From the NCBI GenBank assembly GCA_965116585.1, contig OZ220714.1, forward strand, positions 2,211,461-2,275,460: a stretch of 64,000 bases of DNA. The letters run 5' to 3'. The notes beneath the pieces were generated by a model that was given only the letters and a program-made list of their open reading frames with translations, made no database searches and had not been told where the DNA came from. Made by a program: the position numbers and the translations under genes. Of this stretch, positions 31,178 to 42,542 are shown in pieces. Within the stretch, counting starts at the first letter, position 1, and each line of letters opens with the position of its first letter. The stretch comes from Gammaproteobacteria bacterium. GTDB taxonomy: Bacteria > Pseudomonadota > Gammaproteobacteria > Eutrophobiales > Eutrophobiaceae.

Positions 31178-32358
31178 CAGTACTCATTCTGCTCAAGTAC
31201 GGCGATGGCCGGCAGCGTTTTCCCTTCCAGCAATTCCAGGAACGCACCACCGCCGGTGGAGATACAGGACATCCCTTCTGTTACACCGAACCGGCTGATC
31301 GCAGATACGGTATCGCCGCCTCCGGCGACGGATAACGCGGGGCTGGCCGCAATTGCCCGTGCCAGCGCCGCGGTGCCGCTTGAAAATTGTTCGATCTCAA
31401 ACACTCCCAAAGGCCCGTTCCACAGGATTGTGGCAGAGGAATGGATAATATCTTCGTTCACTGCAATGGTTTTTGGCCCCACGTCCAGGATCAGGTCATC
31501 CGCTTCCATTTCCGCCAGGGTTTTGACCTGTGCCGGCGCATCCTCCGCCAGGGTTTTGGCGCAGACTACGTCCTGCGGCAGGGGGATCTGCTTGTCGTGA
31601 GCGCGGGCATAAGCGAGGATGTCTGCCGCGGCCTTGACCAGGCCCTCTTCATGGAGCGAGCCGCCTACAGGTTCACCGGCAGCTTTCAGGAACGTGTTGG
31701 CAATCCCGCCGCCGACGATCAGGCGATCTACCTTTTTGATCAGGTTCTCCAGCACCAGCAGCTTGGTGGAAACCTTGGCCCCGCCCACGATTGCAGTCAG
31801 GGGACGTCCGGGTTGTTCCAGGGCCTTTGTGAGGGTTTCTATTTCATCCAGCAGCAACGGACCGGCGCAGGCCACAGGGGCAAACCGGGCTACGCCGTGC
31901 GTCGAAGCCTGGGCGCGGTGCGCGGTGGCGAAGGCATCGTTGACGTAGATGTCGCACAAACCGGCGAGACGCCGGGCAAGCTCATCGCTGTTGTTCGTCT
32001 CACCCGGCATGAAGCGGATATTCTCCAGCAGCACCACTTCTCCGGGTTGTATTGAAATTCCCTGCTCCCAATCTGACACCAGGCGTACTTCCCGTTGCAA
32101 CAGGCCGGACACATGCCTGGCGACCGGAGCCAGGCTGAATTTGTCTTCGTACCGTCCTGCTTGCGGGCGTCCCAGGTGTGAGACCAGGATGATCGCGGCC
32201 GGCGCGGCCAGCAAACGTTCCAGGGTGGGCAGGCAAGCGCGGATGCGCGTGTCGTCCTGGATGACTCCGGCATTGACCGGCACGTTGAAATCCGCGCGTA
32301 TCAGGACTGTTTTGTGCGCCGGGTCGAGGCCATCCAGGGTAAGGAACTCGGTGGTCAT
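31177..32358 (-). CDS. pgk: Phosphoglycerate kinase
   Basis: 393-aa protein with RADFNVP, SHLGRP and GGGDT... motifs. Confidence 0.97.
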   Translation of the reverse strand: MTTEFLTLDGLDPAHKTVLIRADFNVPVNAGVIQDDTRIRACLPTLERLLAAPAAIILVSHLGRPQAGRYEDKFSLAPVARHVSGLLQREVRLVSDWEQGISIQPGEVVLLENIRFMPGETNNSDELARRLAGLCDIYVNDAFATAHRAQASTHGVARFAPVACAGPLLLDEIETLTKALEQPGRPLTAIVGGAKVSTKLLVLENLIKKVDRLIVGGGIANTFLKAAGEPVGGSLHEEGLVKAAADILAYARAHDKQIPLPQDVVCAKTLAEDAPAQVKTLAEMEADDLILDVGPKTIAVNEDIIHSSATILWNGPLGVFEIEQFSSGTAALARAIAASPALSVAGGGDTVSAISRFGVTEGMSCISTGGGAFLELLEGKTLPAIAVLEQNEY

Positions 32359-32434
32359 ATCAGGTTGAAAATGAACGCAACTTTACCGGGAATATACCAG
32401 CCTGGGGCAAAGTTACACTCGTATGAGGCGCCGG

Positions 32435-33448
32435 CTAATCCGCATTCATCAACGCGACAGTGGTATCCAGCATACGATTGGAAAATCCCCATTCATTATC
32501 GTACCAGGCAACCACTTTTACCGTAGTGCCCTCAATCACCTTGGTCAACGACGCGTCATACGTTGCCGATGCCGGGTCATGGTTGAAGTCAATCGAAACC
32601 AGCGGCGCCTTGTTGCAAGCCAGGACGCCCTTCAGCGGGCCCTCCGCGGCGGCCTGCATGATGCCGTCGATCTCCTCCTTCGAGGTCGCGCGCGCGGCCT
32701 GGAAAGACAGGTCCACCAGCGAGACGTTAATCGTCGGCACGCGCACCGCGTAACCGTCCAGCTTGCCGTTAAGTTCCGGCAGAACCAGGCCGACCGCGGC
32801 AGCGGCGCCGGTTTGGGTCGGGATCATGGACAAGGTGGCGGAACGGGCGCGCCGCAGGTCAGAGTGGTATACGTCAGTCAATACCTGATCGTTGGTATAA
32901 GCGTGAATGGTGGTCATGATACCGTTGACCACGCCCACGTGGTCATGCAGCGCCTTCACCACCGGGGCCAGGCAGTTGGTGGTGCAGGAGGCATTGGAGA
33001 TGACGGTGTCCGATTGTTTCAGGACGCCGTGATTCACGCCGTAAACGATGGTCGCATCCACGTCCTTGCCACCCGGCGCGGAGATGATGACTTTGCCGGC
33101 GCCGCCCTGCAGGTGCGCGCCGGCTTTTGCCTTACTGGCAAAAAATCCGGTGGATTCGTGCACAACGTCCACCTCCAGCTCCCCCCACGGCAGTTTTGCC
33201 GGGTCCCGCTCCGATAACACCCGTATGCGGTCACCGTTGACCAGCATGTAGTCGCCGTCCACCTCAACCGTTCCGGGGAACTTGCCATGCGCGGTGTCGT
33301 AACGGGTCAGGTGTGCGTTGGTTTCGGCATCACCCAGGTCGTTCACCGCAACGATACGGATCTCGTCGGTGCGGCCACTTTCATACAGCGCCCGTAAAAT
33401 ATTTCTGCCAATCCTGCCATAGCCGTTGATTCCTACCTTTATCGTCAT
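32435..33448 (-). CDS. gap: Glyceraldehyde-3-phosphate dehydrogenase
   Basis: INGYGRIGR, the active site [12 protein letters not shown] and WYDNEWGFS. Confidence 0.97.
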   Translation of the reverse strand: MTIKVGINGYGRIGRNILRALYESGRTDEIRIVAVNDLGDAETNAHLTRYDTAHGKFPGTVEVDGDYMLVNGDRIRVLSERDPAKLPWGELEVDVVHESTGFFASKAKAGAHLQGGAGKVIISAPGGKDVDATIVYGVNHGVLKQSDTVISNASCTTNCLAPVVKALHDHVGVVNGIMTTIHAYTNDQVLTDVYHSDLRRARSATLSMIPTQTGAAAAVGLVLPELNGKLDGYAVRVPTINVSLVDLSFQAARATSKEEIDGIMQAAAEGPLKGVLACNKAPLVSIDFNHDPASATYDASLTKVIEGTTVKVVAWYDNEWGFSNRMLDTTVALMNAD

Positions 33449-33487
33449 TGTGTGTAACTCCAGGTGTTGGTGTTTCAGGGACTCTGA

Positions 33488-35512
33488 TTAAGTCAGATGA
33501 TTCGTTTGGATTGTGTCGACCAGTTGCATCAGGCCGTCCACGTTAATGCCGAAATGTTCGTATACGGCAGCGCCAGGCGCTGACTCGCCGAAGCCCGGCA
33601 CCCCCAGAATCCTGCCGTCGAGACCGACGTACTTGCGCCAGTAATCCGGTATCCCTGCTTCGACGGCGATACGCCGGCGGCAAGCGGAGGGCAACACCTG
33701 TGCGCGGTACGCTTGCGGCTGGCTGTCGAACACGTCCGCCGACGGCATGGAAACGACCCGCACGCGCCCGCCATTCCCGTTCACTTGCTGCGCGGCTTCC
33801 ACCGCGAGGGCGACCTCCGAGCCGGTGCTGATTATAATCAAGTCAGGGATAATCAAGTCAGGTCCGCCTTCAGGTTCGACCAGGATATACGCGCCGCGTT
33901 CAATCGAATCGATCTGTTCTGCGCTTCTTTCCATGGCGGGCAGGGATTGCCGTGACAGTAACAGGGAGGTAGGTCCATTCCGGTTTTCCAGGGCGGCTTT
34001 CCAGGCCACCGCGGTTTCCACTGCGTCACAGGGGCGCCACACCGACATGTTTGGAATCAGGCGCAGGGTTGCGGCCTGTTCCACCGCCTGGTGGGTGGGG
34101 CCGTCTTCCCCCAGGCCGATTGAATCATGAGTCAGGACGAAGATATTGCGTTGTTTCATCAACGCCGCCATGCGCAGGGCATTGCGAGCGTATTCGGTAA
34201 AGATCAGAAAGGTGCCGCCATAGGGGATAAAACCACCATGCAGGGCGAGGCCGTTATTGATGGCAGCCATGCCGAATTCCCGCACGCCATAATAGAGATA
34301 GTTACCGTCTGCAACGGTCGCGCTGATGGCAGTGGAATCCTGGCGCAGGGTCAGGTTGGAGCCGGTCAGGTCCGCGGAACCGCCCACCAGTTCGGGCAAC
34401 GCCGGGCCGTATGCGTTCAGGGCATTTTGTGAAGCCTTGCGCGAGGCGATATTTTCCGCTTTCTGTTGGGTGGTCTCAACATAGCTCCGGCTGGTTTCCT
34501 GCCAGTTTTGCGGCAGGTCACCCTTGCTGCGGCGTCTGAACTCGGCTGCCTGTTCGGGGTAACGCTGTTCATACTCGGAAAAAGTCTCGTTCCATTGCGC
34601 CTCGAACTGCGCGCCGCGTTGCCGGGCATCCCAGCCCCGGTAGATCTCCTCAGGTATCTCAAACGCCGGCCAGGGCCAGTCTATGGTTTCCCGCACCAGC
34701 GCGACCTCGTCCGTACCCAGCGGCGCGCCGTGGCTCGATGCCTTGCCCTGCTTGTTGGGCGAACCCAGACCAATAGTGGTAGTGCAGCATAACAGGCTGG
34801 GCCTGCCGGTCTCTGCTTGCGCCGCGCTGATGGCCTGCCGTACCGCGTCAGGGTTGTGCCCGTCGATGTCCGCAAGCACGTGCCAGCGGTAGGCATCGAA
34901 ACGCCCGGGTATGTCTTCGGTAAACCAGCCCTCTACGGCACCGTCGATCGAGATCTGGTTGCTGTCGTAAATAACGATGAGTTTGCCCAGCCCCAGGGTG
35001 CCTGCCAGTGAGCAGGCTTCGTGGGAAATACCTTCCATCAGGCAACCGTCGCCGACGGACGCGTAAGTGTGGTGGTTAACGACAGCCAGGCCGGGACGGT
35101 TGAATTGGGCGGCCAGGGTGCGTTCGGCAAGAGCCATGCCTACGGCATTCGCGAGTCCCTGCCCGAGTGGCCCGGTGGTGGTCTCTATACCGGGGGTATA
35201 ACCGTACTCGGGGTGGCCGGGCGTTTTCGAATGAAGCTGCCGGAAATTCTGCAGCTCCTGTATGGGCAGGTCGTAACCGGTCAAATGCAGGATGGAATAC
35301 AGCAGCATGGAACCGTGACCGTTGGACATGACGAACCGGTCACGATCCACCCAGTCGGGGTTGGCCGGGTTGTGTCTGAAGAAATCGTTCCACAACACCT
35401 CGGCGATATCCGCCATGCCCATGGGTGCGCCCGGGTGTCCGGAATTGGCGCGCTGCACCGCATCCATGCTCAAAGCCCGGATCGCATTGGCGAGTTGACG
35501 TCTGGAAGAAAT
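33488..35512 (-). CDS. tkt: Transketolase, apparently initiating at a non-canonical ATT codon
   Basis: [31 protein letters not shown] and other transketolase motifs. The conserved N-terminus (I)[18 protein letters not shown] extends upstream of the track start (TTG 35473) to ATT 35510-35512, which lies 6 nt after AAGGAGA. Confidence 0.9.
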   Translation of the reverse strand: MSSRRQLANAIRALSMDAVQRANSGHPGAPMGMADIAEVLWNDFFRHNPANPDWVDRDRFVMSNGHGSMLLYSILHLTGYDLPIQELQNFRQLHSKTPGHPEYGYTPGIETTTGPLGQGLANAVGMALAERTLAAQFNRPGLAVVNHHTYASVGDGCLMEGISHEACSLAGTLGLGKLIVIYDSNQISIDGAVEGWFTEDIPGRFDAYRWHVLADIDGHNPDAVRQAISAAQAETGRPSLLCCTTTIGLGSPNKQGKASSHGAPLGTDEVALVRETIDWPWPAFEIPEEIYRGWDARQRGAQFEAQWNETFSEYEQRYPEQAAEFRRRSKGDLPQNWQETSRSYVETTQQKAENIASRKASQNALNAYGPALPELVGGSADLTGSNLTLRQDSTAISATVADGNYLYYGVREFGMAAINNGLALHGGFIPYGGTFLIFTEYARNALRMAALMKQRNIFVLTHDSIGLGEDGPTHQAVEQAATLRLIPNMSVWRPCDAVETAVAWKAALENRNGPTSLLLSRQSLPAMERSAEQIDSIERGAYILVEPEGGPDLIIPDLIIISTGSEVALAVEAAQQVNGNGGRVRVVSMPSADVFDSQPQAYRAQVLPSACRRRIAVEAGIPDYWRKYVGLDGRILGVPGFGESAPGAAVYEHFGINVDGLMQLVDTIQTNHLT

Positions 35513-35660
35513 GGTCTGTCTCCTTATAGTGAGCGGACAACGGGTATGAGAAAAGAAGCGGGTCCCTTCTCATTACAAACTATCTGCCCGATAATATATC
35601 ATACTAATCACCTCTCGGCGATATGCCGTCAACACTTGACGATAACCGGAAAACGGGATT

Positions 35661-37208
35661 ATGAACGGCGCGGAAAGTCTGTTAAGAACACTGATTAATA
35701 ACGATATCACCACCTGCTTTACCAACCCGGGCACCTCGGAGATGCAGTTTGTTGCCGCCGCGGACCGGGTGCCCGACATGCATTGCGTGCTATGCCTGGC
35801 GGAGGGGGTGGCCTCCGGCGCCGCGGACGGTTACTCCAGGATGTCCGACAACCTGCCGGCGACTTTGTTCCATCTTGGTCCCGGCCTGGCCAACGGCCTG
35901 GCCAACCTGCACAACGCCATGCGCGCCGGCGCGCCCATCGTCAACATTGTCGGGGACCATGCAACCAGCCATAAACAGTATGACGCGCCGTTGGCCTCGG
36001 ACGTGGCTGCCTATGCCAAACCGGTCTCCGCCTGGATAAGGGAAAGCGCAACGGCCGGAGACATACCGGGCGATGCCGTGGCCGCGGTCACGGCCGCGCG
36101 CCAACCCCCCGGACACGTTGCCACCTTGATCATTCCGGCGGACTGTTCCTGGAACTCCTGTCCTGTCGAACCCGGCCGTAAAGCGCCCATACCTGTCCGC
36201 CCCAAAGTGGAGGATGAAGCGGTGAAAAACGTGGCAGAGGCACTGCGCACCGGGGAACCGGCCGCGCTGTTGCTGGGCGATATGGCCTTGCTGGAAGAGG
36301 GGTCCAGGTTGGCGAGCGTGATCGGCAACCAGGTAAACGCCCGGGTCTTTTCCCACACGTTCACCACGCGTATCACCCGCGGCGCCGGGCGCACCAGCAT
36401 TGAGCGGTTGCCGTATTTTCCGGAAGCAATCATCGAAACGTTGACGGGCCTGCGCCATCTTGTCATTGCCGGCACCAAGCCGCCGGTCGGCTTTTTTGCC
36501 TACCCCGACCTGCCCAGCTACCTGGTCCCCGAAGACTGCCGGGTGCACCACCTGGCCGCGGCCGGGGACGACGTGGTCGACGCGTTGTCCAGAGTGGTAG
36601 ACGAACTCGGCGCGGGTCGGGTCTCCCCAACCTTGATGCCGCTGGAAAAACCGCCCCTGCCCACGGGTGAATTGAACCCGGAAACCCTCGCGCTCAGTGT
36701 CGCGGCCCTGATGCCGGAGAATGCCGTCGTTGCCGAGGAAGCGATCAGTTCGGGAGGCAGCCTGATACCGGTCAGCGCGACAACGGAACCTCACGACTGG
36801 CTGTTCACCACCGGCGGCGCCATCGGCCAGGGCTCACCCAACGCCACCGGCGCGGCGCTGGCCTGCCCGGAGCGCAAGGTGCTGTGCCTGCAAGCGGACG
36901 GCAGCGGCATGTATTCCCTGCAAGCGCTGTGGACCCAGGCGCGTGAAGCGTTGAACGTCACCACCGTCATCCTTGCCAACCGCAAATACCGCATCCTCAA
37001 TATTGAATACCAACGCGTCGGCGCCGGCGCACCGGGCGCCAGCGCCCGTTCCATGATGGACATAGACAACCCGGTCATCGACTGGGTGAAACTGGCCAAC
37101 GGCATGGGCGTCCCCGCTTGTCGGGTATCCACCGCGGAAGAATTAAACCAAAAACTGGCCGCCTACCTGGCCGAACCGGGGCCGAATCTGATTGAAGCGG
37201 TGATTTGA
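35661..37208 (+). CDS. Thiamine-diphosphate-dependent enzyme of the acetolactate-synthase/benzoylformate-decarboxylase superfamily
   Basis: It has three-domain TPP-enzyme architecture, with N-terminal ...FTNPGTSEM... and a C-terminal TPP-binding GDGS-like motif (QADGSGMYSLQALWT...NRKY). The substrate is unknown. Confidence 0.75.
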   Translation: MNGAESLLRTLINNDITTCFTNPGTSEMQFVAAADRVPDMHCVLCLAEGVASGAADGYSRMSDNLPATLFHLGPGLANGLANLHNAMRAGAPIVNIVGDHATSHKQYDAPLASDVAAYAKPVSAWIRESATAGDIPGDAVAAVTAARQPPGHVATLIIPADCSWNSCPVEPGRKAPIPVRPKVEDEAVKNVAEALRTGEPAALLLGDMALLEEGSRLASVIGNQVNARVFSHTFTTRITRGAGRTSIERLPYFPEAIIETLTGLRHLVIAGTKPPVGFFAYPDLPSYLVPEDCRVHHLAAAGDDVVDALSRVVDELGAGRVSPTLMPLEKPPLPTGELNPETLALSVAALMPENAVVAEEAISSGGSLIPVSATTEPHDWLFTTGGAIGQGSPNATGAALACPERKVLCLQADGSGMYSLQALWTQAREALNVTTVILANRKYRILNIEYQRVGAGAPGASARSMMDIDNPVIDWVKLANGMGVPACRVSTAEELNQKLAAYLAEPGPNLIEAVI

Positions 37209-37231
37209 GTATTTTCTGATTCTGTTACCAG

Positions 37232-37960
37232 TCAATATTCCCAGGTTGCATGAGCGAGGGGTGCGCGGTTAAGTTCATTCCTGTGCGTACGCCACTGCGG
37301 CATGTGTTTGTCCATCAGGTCGCGAAACTGCTTGTTATGTTTACTCTCTATCAGATGCGCCAGTTCATGGACAATAACGTACTCCAGACATGAGGGCGGT
37401 TTTTTCATCAGTTCCAGGTTCAACCAGATGCGGCGCGCGCGGATGTTGCATGTACCCCAGCGGGTCTTCATCTTTTTTATGCGGACTTCATTCACAGTCA
37501 CGCCAATCTTCTGTTCCCATTTATCGATAAGTGCGGGCAAGCGATCGCGTAATTGTCCCCGATACCAACGGTCAAGCGTCGCTTCCCGCTGGCTCCGGTC
37601 TGAGCCCGGCCGCACGCCTAACGCCAGCGTGGAATGGTTGAGCAGCAGGACGGCAGGTGGACTGTTTTGCTCAATCACATCCAGCCGGTAGCGGTGTCCC
37701 TCAAAGTAATGGCTTTCGCCCGATACGTATTCCCGCTCAGATTGCCGTTCCTGACGTTCGAACTGTGCCTGTTTTTTGCGAATCCAGTTCAATCGGGAAA
37801 TAACAGCCAACTGGATGGCGTCCTTATCGATACGCAGCGGCGCGCTTACCCGAACCCGGCCACCCGGTGGATAAACGCCAACGTAGAGGTGCTTAATGTT
37901 CTTGCGTACCACTTCAACGGCGATGCCACAGACATCAAGACGAAGTTGCTCAGTAGTCAT
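37232..37960 (-). CDS. DUF45/YgjP-like (M48-related) zinc metallohydrolase
   Basis: It has the HEXXH motif VIVHELAHLIESKHNKQF, a WGTC motif (RWGTCN) and a length typical of YgjP. Confidence 0.8.
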   Translation of the reverse strand: MTTEQLRLDVCGIAVEVVRKNIKHLYVGVYPPGGRVRVSAPLRIDKDAIQLAVISRLNWIRKKQAQFERQERQSEREYVSGESHYFEGHRYRLDVIEQNSPPAVLLLNHSTLALGVRPGSDRSQREATLDRWYRGQLRDRLPALIDKWEQKIGVTVNEVRIKKMKTRWGTCNIRARRIWLNLELMKKPPSCLEYVIVHELAHLIESKHNKQFRDLMDKHMPQWRTHRNELNRAPLAHATWEY

Positions 37961-38100
37961 GCTGGGCCTTTACAATGCGACCCCGGTGGTAGTCACGGGT
38001 TTCTCCCTGAATATCGGTCACGAACTGTTTTCATACAAGGAATGTAGCCGAAAGAGAATATTTTTCAAGCGATGAGGTTTTTCTGTCGTATTTTTATTAA

Positions 38101-38116
38101 ATATCATTTATGATAT
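38101..38116. promoter_or_regulatory. 16-bp palindrome ATATCAT-TT-ATGATAT upstream of hipB (candidate HipB operator)
   Basis: It lies in an AT-rich leader 43 nt upstream of the hipB ATG. HipB proteins autoregulate through palindromic operators. Confidence 0.3.
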
Positions 38117-38158
38117 GAAACAGGTTTAAAAATCTTATTTTAAATCAAAAGTGATATT

Positions 38159-38494
38159 ATGAATATCAATCAGCTTACCCCAGAGAGTGAGATTCTGCGC
38201 GAATTCGGTAATCGGCTCGCCCGCATCCGCAAGCAGCAAGGGCTATCCCAGGTTGAACTAGCTGAAGAGGCGGGCATTGGCGTCGCGACGCTCCGGCGCA
38301 TTGAAGGCGGGCAGGATGGCTTGTTTGAGTCCTGGCTCAAACTCCTGAAGGCGCTGAATATGGCCGCCGCCATAGATGCCTTGTTACCCGAGACATTCAA
38401 CTCGCCGATGGCGGAGGCCCGCGCGGCGAACCCGAAGAATCGCAAGGCGGCTCAAGCAAACCCTGTCATTGCGTGGGGAGATGAAACCCGGTGA
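38159..38494 (+). CDS. hipB: HipB-like XRE-family HTH antitoxin
   Basis: HTH QGLSQVELAEEAGIGVATLRRIEGG. It shares a 4-nt GTGA overlap with hipA. Confidence 0.8.
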   Translation: MNINQLTPESEILREFGNRLARIRKQQGLSQVELAEEAGIGVATLRRIEGGQDGLFESWLKLLKALNMAAAIDALLPETFNSPMAEARAANPKNRKAAQANPVIAWGDETR

Positions 38495-39789
38495 GCACAG
38501 CCACCGTCAAGCTGTGGGGGACGCCAATCGGTTATGTTTCCATGAATGCTGATGAGCGTTACGCCCGTTTTGAATACGACCCCGGATTCGCAACGTTCGG
38601 GATAGAACCGGCGCCGCTGCACATGCCTGTTCGCTCTGGCAGGATTTACCAGTTTCAAAACCTGCAACGAAGATCATTTCATGGCTTGCCGGGCCTGCTC
38701 GCTGACAGTCTCCCTGACAAGTATGGCAATAAGCTCATCGACGTTTGGCTGGCGCAAACAGGCAGACAGGCTGAGGATTTCAACGCAGTCGACCGCTTGT
38801 GCTATACGGGACGGCGCGGTATGGGTGCGTTGGAGTTTGAGCCCTCAACAGGTGACGACATGGCTAAGGACAAGCCAGTTGAGGTACAGCAGCTTGTTGA
38901 GCTTGCCTCGATGGCATTTGCAGAGAAAGAAACGCTGGACACCAGGTTTGCACCCGGCAGAGAAGAAAACGCATTGCTCGACATCCTGGGCGTAGGCACG
39001 TCAGCCGGCGGCGCCCGCGCCAAGGCGGTTATCGCCTTTAACCCAGAGACCCGCCAGGTACGCTCCGGTCAGTCAGACCTGCCGCCCGGTTTTGAACATT
39101 GGCTCATAAAATTCGACGGCGTTGCGTTCAGTGGCGACTGGGAAGTTGCCGACCCATCGGGATATGGCCCGCTGGAATACAGCTATCATTTGGTGGCCAA
39201 GGCATGTGGCATCGACATGATGGAGAGCCGCATTTTCAGTGAAAACGGTCGTCACCATTTTATGACCCGCCGCTTTGATCGTGATGAAAACGGCGCCAGA
39301 AAATTTGTGCAGACCTTCGCCGCAGTAGCGCACTTTGACTACTATGAGAGCGGACGTTATTCCTACGAACAACTCTTCATGACGATGCGCCAACTGGGCA
39401 TGTCAAAGGTGGCGATAGAGGAGCAGTTCCGGCGCGTGCTATTCAACCTGACGGGATGCAACCGGGACGACCACGTGAAGAACTTTACCTTTATGATGGA
39501 CCGAAGAGGCGCCTGGGATATCGCGCCGGCCTATGATCTTTGTCACGCTGCCGGCAGCGATTTCACAAGGTTTCACCAGCTCAGTATCAATGACAAGACA
39601 TCAGACTTTACCAGGGAGGACGTGAAACACCTCGCCAGGTACGCCGGGTTGCCGCGTCACCGCGACAAAGCGATCCTGGAGCAGACCGTCGAAGCCTTCT
39701 CAACCTGGCGCCACATCGCCCGGGATCTTGAGATACCGCAGAACCTGCAAGATCACGTTCTGCGGACGCTCCGACTCAGGTGGACTTGA
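38491..39789 (+). CDS. hipA: HipA-family serine/threonine kinase toxin
   Basis: 432-aa protein with an N-terminal coupling domain, GTSAGGARAKA and the catalytic NRDDHVKNFTFMM. Confidence 0.9.
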   Translation: MSTATVKLWGTPIGYVSMNADERYARFEYDPGFATFGIEPAPLHMPVRSGRIYQFQNLQRRSFHGLPGLLADSLPDKYGNKLIDVWLAQTGRQAEDFNAVDRLCYTGRRGMGALEFEPSTGDDMAKDKPVEVQQLVELASMAFAEKETLDTRFAPGREENALLDILGVGTSAGGARAKAVIAFNPETRQVRSGQSDLPPGFEHWLIKFDGVAFSGDWEVADPSGYGPLEYSYHLVAKACGIDMMESRIFSENGRHHFMTRRFDRDENGARKFVQTFAAVAHFDYYESGRYSYEQLFMTMRQLGMSKVAIEEQFRRVLFNLTGCNRDDHVKNFTFMMDRRGAWDIAPAYDLCHAAGSDFTRFHQLSINDKTSDFTREDVKHLARYAGLPRHRDKAILEQTVEAFSTWRHIARDLEIPQNLQDHVLRTLRLRWT

Positions 39790-39824
39790 GTGCAATACCG
39801 GATTTGCTCATGTCTGTCCGCTGG

Positions 39825-40700
39825 TCACACATGTTTCGCCGGGCTTACGTAAGTGTGGCGCACGATGTAGATGCCGCTGGCGACGATGATGATAATGCCG
39901 GTCCAGGTGTACGGGTCCGGGAGTTCCTGCCAGATCAGGTAGCCGACGATGATGGTCCAGATCATGCGCAAGTAATCCAGTGGTGCGATGACTGCGGGAC
40001 GGGCCAGGCGCAGGGCTTCTATGTAGCAACCCAGCGCCGCGGTTTGGGATATGCCCAGCAGAGCGAACAGCAGCCAGTCCACGTGGGTCGGGCCGGTCCA
40101 GTAAACCAGGGTGGGATAACTGAACATGACGAGACCGGCAACGGGCAGGTAGAAATTGAGCGACCAGCGCGTCTCCGTGGTGGACAGGTAACGCGCGCTG
40201 ATGAGCATCAGGCTGATGAGCAAGGACATCCCCAGGGTTGCCAGGTGTGCGATATGAAAATGGTCCGGGGTCGGTCTCAATACGAACAGCACGCCGAGAA
40301 AACCCAGGATGATGGCAATCCAACTCTGTTTTGAGACTGTTTCCTTCAGTAGCCAGGGGGAAAGCAGGGCAACGAAAAAAGGCACGGAAAAAGTGAGCGC
40401 GACGAACTCGGCCAGGGGGATGTGTTTCAAGCCGTAGAAAATGCCCAGCACCATGGTGCTGCTGACTATGCTGCGCCCGACGTGCCAGGCGGGGCGGCGG
40501 GTTCGCAACTGGCCCAGGCTGGACGTGACCGTAGCTGCGCAGAGAATGGTGCAGATGCCGAAAGCACTACGCATCCAGGTTACCTGTACCACCGGGTAGG
40601 TTGCCGTCAGCCATTTGCCCAGCACGTCGGACAGGCAGAAGAAAACTGTCGCCAGGATCATAAAAACTCCCGCCAGGACAGGGTGGTGTTGACGTTCCAT
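39825..40700 (-). CDS. DMT-superfamily (EamA-type) transporter
   Basis: 291-aa protein with ~10 TM segments in two EamA-like halves. Confidence 0.85.
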   Translation of the reverse strand: MERQHHPVLAGVFMILATVFFCLSDVLGKWLTATYPVVQVTWMRSAFGICTILCAATVTSSLGQLRTRRPAWHVGRSIVSSTMVLGIFYGLKHIPLAEFVALTFSVPFFVALLSPWLLKETVSKQSWIAIILGFLGVLFVLRPTPDHFHIAHLATLGMSLLISLMLISARYLSTTETRWSLNFYLPVAGLVMFSYPTLVYWTGPTHVDWLLFALLGISQTAALGCYIEALRLARPAVIAPLDYLRMIWTIIVGYLIWQELPDPYTWTGIIIIVASGIYIVRHTYVSPAKHV

Positions 40701-40741
40701 TGCGGTTCCGGCCGCAGGGCCGGGTGTATTGGCAGGGTTGG

Positions 40742-41686
40742 CTATTCCAGCTTGTCCAACTCGGCGGAGAGCTCGGGCAGGGCCTGGAACAGGTCGGCGA
40801 CCAGGCCGTAATCCGCAACCTCGAAGATAGGCGCCTCCTCGTCCTTGTTGATGGCGACGATCACCTTGCTTTCCTTCATACCGGCCAGGTGCTGGATGGC
40901 GCCGGAGATGCCCACCGCAACGTACAGGTCAGGCGCGACGATCTTGCCGGTCTGGCCTACCTGGTAATCGTTTGATACGTAGCCCGCATCGACCGCGGCG
41001 CGGGAGGCGCCGACGGCTGCGCCCAATTTGTCGGCCACGTCTTCCAGCAGACGGAAGTTTTCCCCGCTGCCGAAACCGCGCCCGCCGGACAGCACGATTT
41101 TGGCGCTGGTGAGTTCGGGACGCTCGGATTCGGGGCTTTCCAGGCTGACGAAGCCAGATAGCCCGACCGGGCCCGGCAGGTCACCGGCAGTCGCAACCGC
41201 GGCCGCGCCGCCCTCTGCCGCCACTGCGTCAAAATTCGTGGTGCGCACGGTGATGACCTTGACGGCGTCATTGCTCTTCACGGTGGCCAGGGCATTGCCG
41301 GCGTAAATCGGGCGCACGAAGGTATCGGCGGATTCGATACTGACAATATCCGCCACCATGCCCACGTCAAGCAGTGCCGCCACCCTGGGCATCAGGTTCT
41401 TGCCAAAGGTGTCCGCCGGCGCCAGTGCATGGGTCATGCCGTCACAGCAGGCGGCAACCAGCGGCGCCAGCTCCTCGACCAGACCGTGCTCATAGTGCGG
41501 CGCATCGGCATGCAGCACCCGGCTGACTCCGTTAATGCGTGCGCCAGCCTCGACGGCCGCGCCGCAATCGCTACCCGCTACCAGCAGCGTTACCTCCCCG
41601 CCAAGTTGCACGGCCGCGCCGAGAGCATTCAGCGTTGCCGCCTTGATGGAGTGATTGTCGTGTTCCGCTATAACCAGGATACCCAT
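40742..41686 (-). CDS. etfA: Electron transfer flavoprotein alpha subunit
   Basis: C-terminal FAD-binding region ...[45 protein letters not shown].... Confidence 0.93.
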   Translation of the reverse strand: MGILVIAEHDNHSIKAATLNALGAAVQLGGEVTLLVAGSDCGAAVEAGARINGVSRVLHADAPHYEHGLVEELAPLVAACCDGMTHALAPADTFGKNLMPRVAALLDVGMVADIVSIESADTFVRPIYAGNALATVKSNDAVKVITVRTTNFDAVAAEGGAAAVATAGDLPGPVGLSGFVSLESPESERPELTSAKIVLSGGRGFGSGENFRLLEDVADKLGAAVGASRAAVDAGYVSNDYQVGQTGKIVAPDLYVAVGISGAIQHLAGMKESKVIVAINKDEEAPIFEVADYGLVADLFQALPELSAELDKLE

Positions 41687-41687
41687 C

Positions 41688-42437
41688 TCAGATCACCTTC
41701 GCTTCATTGCGCAGTTTATCGACCAGCGCCGGCACGTCAGCCACCTTGACGCCGGCTGCGCGGGCGGGCGGGTCGGTCACCTTGAGAACCTCAATACCAG
41801 GGGTCACGTCTACGCCCAGTTCCTCGGGCGTCATCACGTCCAGCGGCTTTTTCTTGGCCTTCATTATGTTCGGCAATTTGACGTAGCGCGGTTCATTCAG
41901 GCGCAGGTCGGTAGTGACCACTGCCGGCAGTTTCAGGTCTACCGTTTCCAGGCCGTCGTCTACCTCACGGGCAACCCGGATGCCTGCGCCGGTAAACTCG
42001 ATGCTTGATGCAAACGTGGCCTGCGGCCAGCCCAGCAGGGCTGAGAGCATCTGCCCGGTCTGGTTATTGTCATCGTCAATGGCCTGTTTGCCGGTGATAA
42101 TGAGTCCCGGCGCTTCTTTTTCAACGATGGCTCGCAGCAGCTTGGCAATTGCCAGGGGTTGTACCGCTATCTCCGTCTCGACCAATATGGCCCGATCCGC
42201 GCCCATCGCCAGGGCAGTGCGCAGGATGTCCTGGCACTGGCGTCCGCCTATGGTCACGACCACGATCTCGTCTGCCTGGCCGGCTTCCACGGTGCGCACC
42301 GCCTGTTCCACCGAAATCTCACAGAACGGGTTCATGGACATCTTCACATTGGCCGTTTCCACGCCGCTACCGTCTTTTTTTACCCGGATGCGGACGTTGT
42401 AATCCACCACGCGTTTTATCGGGACCAGTATTTTCAT
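41688..42437 (-). CDS. etfB: Electron transfer flavoprotein beta subunit
   Basis: [23 protein letters not shown].... The start is set at ATG 42437, because the track ORF extends upstream without support. Confidence 0.93.
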   Translation of the reverse strand: MKILVPIKRVVDYNVRIRVKKDGSGVETANVKMSMNPFCEISVEQAVRTVEAGQADEIVVVTIGGRQCQDILRTALAMGADRAILVETEIAVQPLAIAKLLRAIVEKEAPGLIITGKQAIDDDNNQTGQMLSALLGWPQATFASSIEFTGAGIRVAREVDDGLETVDLKLPAVVTTDLRLNEPRYVKLPNIMKAKKKPLDVMTPEELGVDVTPGIEVLKVTDPPARAAGVKVADVPALVDKLRNEAKVI

Positions 42438-42542
42438 GGGTTCACTCTTGATCGGGACAACAAAGGGGACAAGGATACATGGAAAACGGTCATTTCGCCA
42501 ATCCTGTATATCCCGTCCATCCATGTTATTATCGCCGCCAAC

